From positions 1,674,001-1,738,000 of the forward strand of contig CATNEN010000008.1 of assembly GCA_950097015.1 (NCBI GenBank): a stretch of 64,000 nucleotides of DNA, in the 5' to 3' direction. This stretch comes from Macrostomum hystrix. Taxonomy: Eukaryota > Animalia > Platyhelminthes. Made by a program: the position numbers and the translations under genes. A model generated the notes under the pieces. That model was given only the letters and a program-made list of their open reading frames with translations. It was not told where the DNA came from and did not search any database. Numbering within the stretch: position 1 is the stretch's first letter; each line of letters opens with the position of its first letter. Of the stretch, positions 1 through 10,189 are shown piece by piece.

Positions 1-559
1 CTAAGATGCCAATAATACATATATCAAGATAAACAAATAATTATTAAAATGCTTTAAAAACTATTCAAATTTTAATTAGGAGCAGAAACATGACATATTC
101 AAATAGATAATGTAGCCAAAATAGAAAATATCTTACCATAAATTAATATTTTGTTAGCTGCAAATACAGAACTGTAGCAAATTGTGTAGATTCTATTAAC
201 TCATAATTTGCAATTGACACATGGCAAGTGAAAATGGGCATGATTGTGTTGTATGCCCTCTCTATCTTTCCACTCCTGTTTTTCTCTCTGAGTATTATTT
301 GGGTTAGGATTGGCTAGTCTATGTTACTAGGGTGAGGCTTAAGCTGAGCCCTGGCCTAGGCCAGTCAAGACTTTCATTACACATATGGATTTCAAGGACT
401 ACTAGGAATAGAAGGATGGGAAACTCCACTTCTTAGAAAAAAAATTAAAGGCAGGTTTTTTCAAATCAATACATTATCAAGATAGGAAATTTTCTATTTT
501 TCATATTTAAATGGTGACTGCTTTTGATTGGAAGCATATATAAAGCAGTTATCTATATA

Positions 560-1803
560 CGAGGGGTGTCCAAAAAGTAGTGATACTTTTGCTCGTACAG
601 CCTTACTGCATGCTTGAAAATCAGCAAGTTTGGTGTTGTTGGAAAGCGAAAAATATCAGCTTTAATTTGACTGCAAACATTTAACAAAAACACAACCTAT
701 AACAAAGTTATGAATAGAAACACACAACAAGGTCAGCCATAGAGTTACAATGAATTTATGCATGGTGTAACAGGTCAAGAAGTTTCGACAGTTAGTATGA
801 CTCATCATCATCAGGGAGGGAAGCTTTCTCGACATAATTACCCCCCGATTGCACGCACTTCTCCCAGCGACGAAACAAGTGATCAATTGCATCTGCGTAG
901 ATCTGTCGCGGAATCACGTGCAAAAGTACTCTGCGGACTTCCTGTTCCAGGTGATCACGGCTGACATGGACACGGCCCCTCAGGTGGCGCTTCAATTGAG
1001 GGAAAAGGGCAAGATCAGAGATGAACCGTTGATCGTGGCGTGTCGAGTCTGTCAGCAATCTCACGAACTGTCATTCTGCAGTCTTCTTCCAGCAGATCAA
1101 GAATCCGGTCAGCCAAAGCCTTTGAGCTTGGTGTAGATGGCCTTCCTGGCCTTGGCAAGTCAGCCAAATTTGTTCTTCCTGACTCAAATTGCTCGACCCA
1201 TCTGTACACCGTCATGCGACTTACTGCTTCAGCTCCGTGAATGCTGCACAGATGATGGTAAATCTCCTGCCCACTTTTCCCAATACTCCATAGTGTGTGA
1301 ATTGCGTGTCGCTGTCCTTCCTTTGAGCGCACGTCCATAACTGTCAGTTGAACAGAATCTGGTCTTGAAAAAGCAAGCACTTGTGAAAGAAAAATGAGCT
1401 GGCAGTGCAGAAGCAGGCAGGCAGGCAGAAGCAAGCAGGCAGTGCGAAGAAGACTTAGCCACAATTTACCACAGACAAAAAAGCAACCCTCGTACGCTCG
1501 TAAAATGCTATCCCAGTATTTATTGGTTTACATTTATTGATTTGTTAAGCTCTAAAGCTTCATGAATCTTTGAGGCAGATAAAAACTCAACAAAGTCAAC
1601 CATACAGTATTTTTGTAAGTCTATGAGCAACCCTTGCTCAAATAGACAGTGATAACTTTTTTAAAAAACAACATATGAGGATGATTTTTTAGTCAAATTA
1701 AGGCTGATATTTTTCGCTTTCCAACAACACCAAACTTGCTGATTTTCAAGCATGCAGTAAGGCTATACGAGCAAAAGTATCACTACTTTTTGGACACCCC
1801 TCG
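560..1803 (-). mobile_element. mariner (Tc1/mariner) DNA transposon, internally deleted, ~113-bp TIRs
   Basis: TA|CGAGGGGTGTCCAAAAAGTAGTGATACTTTTG... at 560 is mirrored by ...CAAAAGTATCACTACTTTTTGGACACCCCTCG|TA ending at 1803. The inverted match extends ~113 bp. TA flanks both ends. Confidence 0.95.
792..1338 (-). pseudogene. mariner transposase with catalytic core deleted
   Basis: N-terminal HTH region (MDVRSKEGQRHAIHTLW...VYRWVEQFESGR...MTVREIADRL) joins out of frame near 1015-1030 to the C-terminal DLALFPQLKRHLRG...RWEKCVQSGGNYVEK. The GDETW and HDNARPH motifs present in the paralog at 48.4-49.5 kb are missing. Confidence 0.9.
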
Positions 1804-2825
1804 TATATAAAAGTGAAAACTCTGTCTGTGTGTGTGTGTGTGTGCAACATTTTGTCTTTATAGACGCCGAAACCGCTCAACCAAATCGCACCAAACTTTG
1901 CACATACCTAAAACCACCTACGCTGAGTGCAATAGGCTACTCAAATTCCCGAAAAATCATTTCCTTCCTGCTCAAAAGTGCAAAAAACTGCTCAAAAATC
2001 GTCAAAAAATCACTCAATTCGACATATCGTCGCCCCACTTTGTCAGATTTTCTCCAAATTTGATCCACTTACACTTTACATGTTTTCCAACAATGCTGTC
2101 AATTTTGAACATCTCTACTCAATCCAGAGCAAAGCTGCATCATCTCAAAGTGAGTCACTTTTTGTTTTCCGAGGACAGCCACCCCAACTCCCCTCCGCCA
2201 CTCTGCGGGCCAAATTTTATTACAGCCACCCCCTCCCTTCCCCGGGCGCCGAAGCCCCAGACTGTACTCGTTTTGATATAACTTTTCAAGCATGTTGCTC
2301 TACCAAATGTTATAAAGTTTTGTACATTGATCCTCATAGGGTTTTCTTTACTAAATAACCTATTATGAGTATAAAATTGAATACATCACAGACTAGTAAA
2401 ATTAGCTTGATCCTATACTTGTTTTCTTGTTGCAATCAAGTATAATTACATTACTTAGTATTAGCCTCCTCCTAGCTTTAACAGTAGGATTACCAAGCCA
2501 TTTTGCCACCCGTTTTTATACCAAGGGGGGGATTTTCAGGGGGACCTTCAAATCAACAAGTGGCACCAATTTACAGAAAATTTACAGAAAATTCACTTTA
2601 GGGACTCCATAGTCAGCTGGTGCCACTTGTTAAAGGTCCAGCAACTCCGTCTAGATAAAGGTCAGTGACTGCCGAAGTCAGAGATGATGCAAGCACATTT
2701 GGGTGACATGCTGATAATGTTTGAAGGTCTGGAAAGGCCGCACTGAGGCGCATTGTAAATTTGTGTATAGGGGTGTATGAAATACACTAGCTCTTATGGG
2801 AAAAATCGGACCTTCGGCCAGAAAC

Positions 2826-4631
2826 CAAGGACTACTAAACAACACAGGACGTTGCAATCGCGTTTTGTGCAAATTTTTCAGAAGGCTGGTTAAATGAAGC
2901 TAAAAGTCTATGGCATATGCTTTATTATATAATAAATTCACGTAGCTCAAGAGGAACGCATATAGTTTAGCCTTTTACTTTTAGTTGTCCTAAGTCTGCT
3001 TTTCTATCTCAGTTCGTTATCAGTTTTTTAGTCCTGCAGAAGACAGATGCTAGCGTGATTTCTTTGGTTTTCGCATCATGCCAAGAAAGTGCTGCGTAAA
3101 AGGCCGCAAGAGCAACTACGACAGTGGAGAAAGATGTACTGTCTATAGTTTCCCGCGGGACGAACGAGAAGCGAGCATTTGGATGACGGATATGCCGACA
3201 TACTCATCGGTAAGCATCAAAATGTTAACTATATAAACAGAATGTGTAAACGGAATGTTTTTATGTCACCCTTTTTTGTAATTGACCGTTGTGTTAATCG
3301 TACACAGAAAGCAACCAAGTACATGGGTGTTTGTAAAAAGCACTGGCCTGAGAACGCACGGATGCTCAAGGTGAAGATCAATCACACACGTCCGATTGAT
3401 CCACCATCTGTGTTTCATTGCGGTCCAGCCAGTTCCTTTCGTCAGACAGTGTCCAGTAAGTTAGGACAAGGTTTCTTACTACTGACATGAGTTGAGTTAT
3501 ACTGTTTGCCTATTACATGACTAATATTACCTTTCAGAAAAATTGAGGCGCTCAAAGCAGCGCGGTGTTCTTAAATGAGCGCAATCGCTCGCCTGATGAG
3601 CTCTCTACATTCAATGCTGCTGATAAAATCGTCTCATGGGCGAATTTCCTCCTGACTGCTTTTACACTCAGTTTTGTTTCGAGTGGAGAATGGATGGCGC
3701 AGCGGGAGGAGTTCAGAGTCAATTTCTTCATTGTACAAGAACAACAAGTTCAGCAGTCCGTGTGTGTTCATTGCTAGGCAAGTAGAGCTATGTTTTACGT
3801 CATCTGCCAACACAATATATGAATCTAAAGACATTCTAATGTCTGCAAGTTTGTACTTTTCAAGCCATCAGAGCTACCGTGTCTGCAGAAAAACCTTTCA
3901 CCTACCGCATCCTGCGACATTGAGAAGACATCTTGGAGGTCTCGGCATAGTGGGGTCAGACAGTGATTGTATAAAGACTATTGAGGCTCAATTTCAGCAC
4001 TATACACAAAACCAGCGATACTGTTCAATCATTTTTGACGAGGTTTATGTCAAACCATCTCTACGCCTCCGAGGTTGTCCTGTCATTGGCTCTGCAGAGG
4101 AAGCCCCTGACCAGCAAGCACGAACTGTTCTGGCTATAATGGTGAAGCCATTCATGGGTGCATCTGCATTTGTTGCCCGGTTGGTACCAATCTTCAGCCT
4201 ACAGGCAGAGTTGTGGCACAATCAAGTGGTTCGCCTCATTGGAATCATTAAGCAATTCGGAGGCACAGTAGTCAGCCTAATTTGCGACAACCACTTTACC
4301 AATCAGCGGTGCTTTTGCTTGTTCCAATCTGGCGATTTGAGGCCATGGATAGTGCAAAATCCGATAAATGCGAACCAACCGCTATTTTTTCTATTTGACA
4401 CTGCATGTGCACCTGCTAAAAAACATAAGAAACAACTGCGGTACAGAATTCGTAAAAATGTTCATTTATTACACATTTTGACTCCTAAAATATTTGCCTG
4501 AAAGTTCCTATTGAGCTATGTGCATATATTAATAAAGCATATGCCATAGACTTTTAGCATCATTTAGCCAGCCTTCTGAAAAATTTGCACAAAACGCGAT
4601 TGCAACGTCCTGTGTTGTTTAGTAGTCCTTG
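2826..4631 (+). mobile_element. P-element superfamily (THAP-transposase) DNA transposon, internally deleted
   Basis: Imperfect ~130-bp TIRs (CAAGGACTACTAAAC...GTTTAGTAGTCCTTG) and an exact 8-bp TSD CCAGAAAC at 2818-2825 and 4632-4639. A paralogous empty site lies near 59485 (minus strand). Confidence 0.93.
3078..4501 (+). pseudogene. THAP domain + N-terminal half of P-type transposase, intron-containing, frameshifted and truncated
   Basis: Exon 3078-3209 (MPRKCCVKG...VYSFP) and exon 3308-3455 (VCKKHW...PPSVF) form a THAP domain across a GT-AG intron. Downstream: LPHPATLRR, IIFDEVYVK, CDNHFTN, and frameshifted FD..HLLKNIRNN, all P-transposase motifs. The C-terminal half is absent. Confidence 0.88.
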
Positions 4632-7112
4632 CCAGAAACATTGAATATCTTGATGGTCTGAAGAGCTGGTGACTTGTTTCTTGTTTCAGAAGATGAGCAA
4701 CAAAAGTTGGCCCATGTTCTTGAGTTTCATGTGCTTGCATTGTTACATTTGGGTGCAGCAAAAAATTGTCAGGGGGGATTTCCCCCCCTTGTTAGTTCTA
4801 CTGTTAATAGAAAAAACACTTACTTATTATTATTTTTATTTATTTATTTATTTTTATTATTCATTTTAATTTTTTAAATGCTTTTTTTACAAGACCTACA
4901 AGCATCATTTAGCTAAATAAAAATTTAATTATGCTAGTAAAAAAACAACAGCTAAAAAGTCTTAAGTTGGGCTCATTAAGAATTAATAGCCTAGCTATAA
5001 AATAACTCTAAAAAATTGACTATGAATTGGAACTTTATAAGTATAGAAAATTGGGTAAATATCACATTTTTTGTAGTAAACTTGATAACATTTGGTAGAG
5101 CAACAAGTTAGGCAAGTGATTTCAAAAGAAAAGTTTTGTATTTGCTTCTAATCAAAAGATGTCACTTTTTTAATCTGAAAAAAAGAAACTTTCTTAGGCC
5201 TATCTCCATAATTTTTTAAAATTAGAAACTTAAAATTAAAACATAGATTCCTATCTTTCTACTCCTAATTGTCCATGATTGATTTACTAGGGGCCAGATA
5301 GGCTAAGGTGTCTATTGAACACTTAGTCTTGAGGAGGCCATTCTGATGACCAATCCTATACTTTTATTTCTATTTAAGTTAGCCCTAACCTAACACTAAC
5401 ATTAAGTGCCATCTTGAGCCTGTCAAGTCTGGCCTTGCCCTCATTTGACCTTTGCTAGTACACTAAGGGCCTAAAAACAATTGCCACCTGTTTAGAAGTT
5501 GAGTAGTTGAAGCTGCCATTCGTTTTAATATAAATTGCAAAGACCTGGACAGGGGAACATTTATTATCAGGGACATAGGATGTCTGGGTGTTGGGGACCA
5601 GCCTTCCCAGTGTTCTTTAAAATTTTAAGTCAACAACAAACAACAATCACAACAAGGCAAAAAGTAGGCCTACAAATGGCATACAGCCAGGGCCTTGTTA
5701 AAATAATACTGCAGCACATAGTTGCCACCTTCATGACTAGGCCCTATTTATGTTTTATCATTTGTAGTATAAAATGCTGCTACATTATTTACATACATTT
5801 CCTTCAATAAAAATAAAAAAATTAGATTTTTTTAAAGTATACATGGATAAAAAAGTATACATGGACATTAGAAAATAACTTATTAGTAAAGTACAATAGA
5901 CAATCACATAAATGAAAATGTTATGTTCATTTTTAGCTTGTACAATTAAGTATGATATTATGATAAAAAAACAGAATAATCGACTATCTTATGAACACCA
6001 CGTTGTGTACTAAAAAATTGGTGACCCAAAATTGCCATATTGGTGCTTTTATCCACCAATTCGTTTTGTTGACTGACGGATTAATCTGGAAAGATCCACA
6101 ATTGAACCTTGAAGAACATAGAATTTTGCCCCTGAAAATCTAAATATTAACCTCTTTGTAACTTTTCGGCAACAAGTATTAAGAGCAATTGCTATTACTT
6201 TCAGATTTTATGCTGTCTTTTGTTGTAATGAAAACGACCGCACGATAAGTCTGTAGTACGTAAATTTGAAATCAACTTTTCATTATACCCATTTTAAAAA
6301 GAAAGTGAAGCCAGGCGGACCACTAAATATTGTTTCTTGTTTTAGTGCTGTTAATAGTGAGTAATTAGTAGCCCAGGACCAAACATTGCTTAGTATATAT
6401 TTTTTCCTTCCTCTTCCTCTGGACACAATCCAGAAAATGTTCACTTGACTACACTGCTGTTGTACTAATATCATATATATAATTGTCATATATTTGTCGT
6501 TTTTCAAGTTGCGTAATTGATCCTCTGTCACTTTTGTGCAATATATTTTGGGGAAGTTAGGCAAATAATCAAAGCAATCAAAATAATTACGTAGTTTAAA
6601 ATATGTGATAGTCCGGATAACAAAATCTTCATTTTTAAGGCTGTATATTATGGACATTTCCGTATCAGTAGGAATATAAGTAAATATCTATATTACTATG
6701 TTAATTTAAATAATGAAAAATTTTATAATTTGCATAATTACAGGACATATATCTATGCTGATTAATAAATCATTGCATGTCGCATGTGAATTTATTGGTT
6801 AAGGATCAAAATACGAGTATGTAATTTTGCTAGAAAAAAGGTATAATTAAAGTCACAGTTAGACAATAAAATTGTTGCTACAATCAAACCAAAAACTCAT
6901 GATTATGTAATAAGCTTGATTCTGTGTAAAAGTCATTATTAAGAGTATCGAAGAGTAACAAAAATGTGAGTAAGTACTGGTAAGTCAATAAAGCTAACAA
7001 TAAAAAGTATCACTAGCATCTTCAGGTTGAAGACTAAGACTCGCAATGCTGCGAGTATTAACTTGAACCGAGTGCAATATAATTTCAGTTTAAAATAAGT
7101 GAAAATAGTAAT

Positions 7113-7501
7113 TTAGAGTGCTATGAGTGAATAGAGTGCTGTGAAGGCTAACACAGCTGGCTTCTCGAAATTGTATCTCAAGTGCAGTCGTTTTCCTTTG
7201 GAAGCGGGCAGCATAACTTCATAGAAGTCATTTCCTGCTCTGCTGCAATAGTCTCGAATGCTGCGACTCTGCATCTGCTCATAGTTCATGTGCTTCCGGC
7301 ACTTGTGGAGGCCCCACAGCCGAGCTGCCTCGTTGTTGTCCAGGAATTTGAACACGCCCGGCTGGTTCTTGGACCAGGCCAGACAGCTTTGACCTTCTAG
7401 GAGCAGCAGAAGGGGAAGCATCGACGGGGGACGAAGCTGTGGCCGCGGCCGTCTGGCCCGCTTGGCAACCCGGCTAGAAGCCTTGGATCTACGGAAGCCA
7501 A
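7113..7501 (-). CDS. exon encoding a divergent ETS DNA-binding domain
   Basis: LAW..GVFKFLDNNEAARLWGLHKCRKHMNYEQMQSRSIRDY...KGKRLHLRYNF follows the ETS pattern (W, FK, ARLWG, MNY, SRxxRxY, GKR..Y.F). The frame stays open from a splice acceptor (ctcttacag) at 7502. Confidence 0.8.
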
Positions 7502-8285
7502 CTGTAAGAGAATGTCAACAGTGAAATTGCAATCTAATTTAAGCGAGCTGTGTTTGAAATTCGCGAAAGTTATACCAATCTGAAACAATTGAGAATGAAC
7601 TGACAAATCACAATTGTGAGCATTTTGAATGAGTGTCTATTTTTAGAAATTCATGAATGAAAGAATATACTCGTAGAATTACTCATATACGTGTCTGTGC
7701 TTGAAAATTTTGAAAGGTCAATATAGTGCAATATGAAGTTTAAGTAGACATTGCAAAGCATCTTAGAGTGGGCGGTGCTTGCGCATATCCTCATTGTTCT
7801 AACTCGTTATTTTTCGGCTCAAAAGCGTCTCGTCATTTTTTAAATGGCTCATAATCATTGAACATGGCGACAGTGTCCATGGACTTATCAGCTGTACATA
7901 GCCGCGTGACTAAAGACTGGCTTACTCAGTTTGATTGATAGAAAAAGAAAAATGCCATCATATTTAGATTCAAAAAATTCCTGCTATTTATTATTAAAAT
8001 TTGTTAGTGTAACAAACATAAACAATATAAACAATAACTATTTGCAGTGGCTTGTGATTACTAACACATTAGTTGACGATAGTCAACCCGTAGCCATCGT
8101 AGGAGGCATAAAACACTCAATCCCTTTTACAGAAAAATGATAGGACAGGGTAAATTGATAAGCATAGTTTACAGAGACCAAAATGAAAGTGCAGAAACTA
8201 ACTAATTTTCAAGGACAACTAAAGTAGAAATGTTAAGTCCATCACTGAAGTCAGCCTGGCGGACTGCGTTAGAAGGCGATTCGAT

Positions 8286-8980
8286 TTAAGCACCTGCCAA
8301 AGTGCCTCTGACAGCCGAGTTCCCATCTGGCCGCCTTCTCAGCTGTGATGACGAGGCCGACTGCAGGAGACCAAACTCAGTCGCAATCGCCATGCACACC
8401 GGGACATTTGGCCCGCGTTGCGTTGTCACAGTTCGCCGAATAGGACGGCCTTTCAGCGCACGACCCTGAGAGCACCTGGTCCAGAGATTGAACCCGGTCT
8501 CGTCCAAGAAGACAGTGCGAGTCTCTTGAGCCAAATTCAGCATGAACATGGCGTACTCGTGCCTGGCTTCGATATTTGCCTCAGAATTTGTCCTCACCCT
8601 CACGTCAGTGCCTTTGGCAGCCAACTTCACGGTGTATAGCAGACCGTGCAGCATTCGTCCACGCACTTGTAGCTGACTTGCGGCTTTTCCGGAAACTGCT
8701 CGGCCAGACGTGAGGACATTTCCTTGAGTGTGAGGAAGGGATTTTCCTCCAGCGTCTCAGTCAGGAAGTCTCTCATCGCGTTGTCAGCCTTGAACTTTTC
8801 TTCTCTCCGACCGCCACGAGGTAGGAATTCAACTCTGCCATGGAGGCGGAACTCCGCAGCGATCCTAAAGGCGGACGCTCTCTTGATCTTGAGAATTTGA
8901 GCGGCAGCTAGGATGGTTGATCCATTGTTTACTGCGTCGATCAGACGCTGACACTGTGGTGCCATCACAGTGAAATCCAA
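8286..8980 (-). pseudogene. IS630/Tc1-like transposase, frameshifted and 3'-truncated
   Basis: HTH ORF (AAQILKIKRASAFRI...PRGG...NPFLTLKEM) overlaps a DDE ORF (VFLDETGFNLW...GRALKG...NVPVCMAI) that stops after the first catalytic D. No clear TIRs. Confidence 0.8.
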
Positions 8981-9405
8981 GGGGTCAGATGCAACCCAAG
9001 GGGTGAGAAAGAGAGCAGGCTGAGGGTCAGAGGTTTAGAGCGATATCTGAAGGCTTTCACTCCCGGTCTCATATTGAGCGTCTTATTCTCATTTTGATAT
9101 TTCATTTTTAGTCTATGGCCAAGCCATCCCTGCAGCCAAGACTGGGCTTGCTCTGGCCGTGGCTAGCCTTCTGGCCTTGCTTGCGATCCTATGCAGTCGT
9201 ATTTTGAATGTCTAAAGTCTTATCTAGAGCGCCAAAACCGATATAGAAGTATGCTGCTTGATCTGTATGTAGGTATTTTCGCGAAAATACGGATATGTTG
9301 ACAAACGATGGTAAATGCATATTTTTGTGAATGTTGAACTTGAACTTGAACTTGAAACTTGAATTAGCATGGCTATGTTGTTTTCGCGAAATAGACATAG
9401 ACATT

Positions 9406-9840
9406 TTATCTATTAGTATTAAGGTTGAAGTATCGATTCAATCCAGCTCGAATGCAAATCAATGTTGGAGGTGCGTAGAACAGACCCTCCTGTGTTCTTA
9501 GAGTTGAATAAAAGAGGCGCAGATAGTTGTTCAAAATAGTTGGTGGTACTCGCACCAGATCAGACGACAGTTGCTTATCAGTCAAAAACGTTTGGAACCG
9601 CGCCACTGCGTCTTCCATCTGCCTCGCAGATGATTTTGGTATTCCTTCACGTTCAATCTCTCTAAGTTCCTCGAGCGCATCTTCATCGAGGTCCAGGATT
9701 TCTTCCGCATCTAGCCTTCGAGCAAACTCGCCACTTAGTTCCTCCAGATAACGTGTTGCAGATTCCGAAGTCACCCAGTTCAGCTCTTCAGTTGATAATG
9801 CGCTGACCAGTTGATCGGGTAGATTTGCTAAGTTCAACAT
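9406..9840 (-). pseudogene. Crypton tyrosine recombinase, N-terminal (core-binding) part only
   Basis: IPKSS...F..FL...LNNYLRLFYSTLRTQEGLFYAPPTLICIRAGLNRY matches the N-terminal pattern of the full Crypton at 29.4 kb. The catalytic domain is absent. Confidence 0.8.
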
Positions 9841-10060
9841 TTTAACACTCCTGTATTAAAGATCTGTTGTCCCTCTCATTCTTATTTAACGAAGTTCTCT
9901 CGCTCCTCACTCTCCTTATAGTCTATGGCGCATATACCCATCAACCAATTGGAAACAAACTTAGACCATAGACATTCCAACATCTCTAACATAGGGCCCG
10001 CTAATTTCTGCATTGTCGCCCGGAATTTTCTTGCATTGCTTAAGTTACTGACAATATGAT

Positions 10061-10153
10061 TAACATAGAATTTTGCTAGTAGTCAATGCATAATTTTTCG
10101 GGCGCTTGCGCGCCCTCAAAATTCTACATTGACAACTACAAAATTCTATGTTA
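10061..10153. repeat. imperfect palindrome upstream of the truncated Crypton ORF
   Basis: TAACATAGAATTTTG...GTCAATG..AATTTT / AAAATT..CATTGAC...CAAAATTCTATGTTA arms around a GGGCGC-TTGC-GCGCCC centre. Confidence 0.85.
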
Positions 10154-10189
10154 ATGTTACATTGCTGAATAATATTCATTAATGTTTCA

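Larger units (their letters stand above)
552..2340 (+). repeat. non-autonomous Helitron/DINE-like repeat interrupted by the mariner
   Basis: Removing the mariner gives TCTATATA-TAAAAGTGAAAACTCTGTCTG(TG)n...GAAACCGCTCAACCAAATCGCACCAAACTTTGCAC. This 5' TC + microsatellite + aaccg..accaaactt layout is typical of such repeats. The 3' end was not located. Confidence 0.4.
2520..4791. repeat. non-autonomous dispersed repeat, split by the P-like element; other copies at 59.3-60.6 kb
   Basis: 2600-2825 joined to 4632-4775 aligns to the reverse complement of 59320-59695, and partly to 59900-60095. Confidence 0.8.

Noticed and set aside
8627-8700. Programmed -1 frameshift between the IS630-like HTH and DDE ORFs
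   Set aside because: There is no X XXY YYZ slippery site at the overlap, and the element is also truncated, so ordinary decay is more likely.
8200-9200. TnpB/Fanzor nuclease associated with the IS630-like element
   Set aside because: No RuvC or zinc-finger ORF is present next to the fragment.
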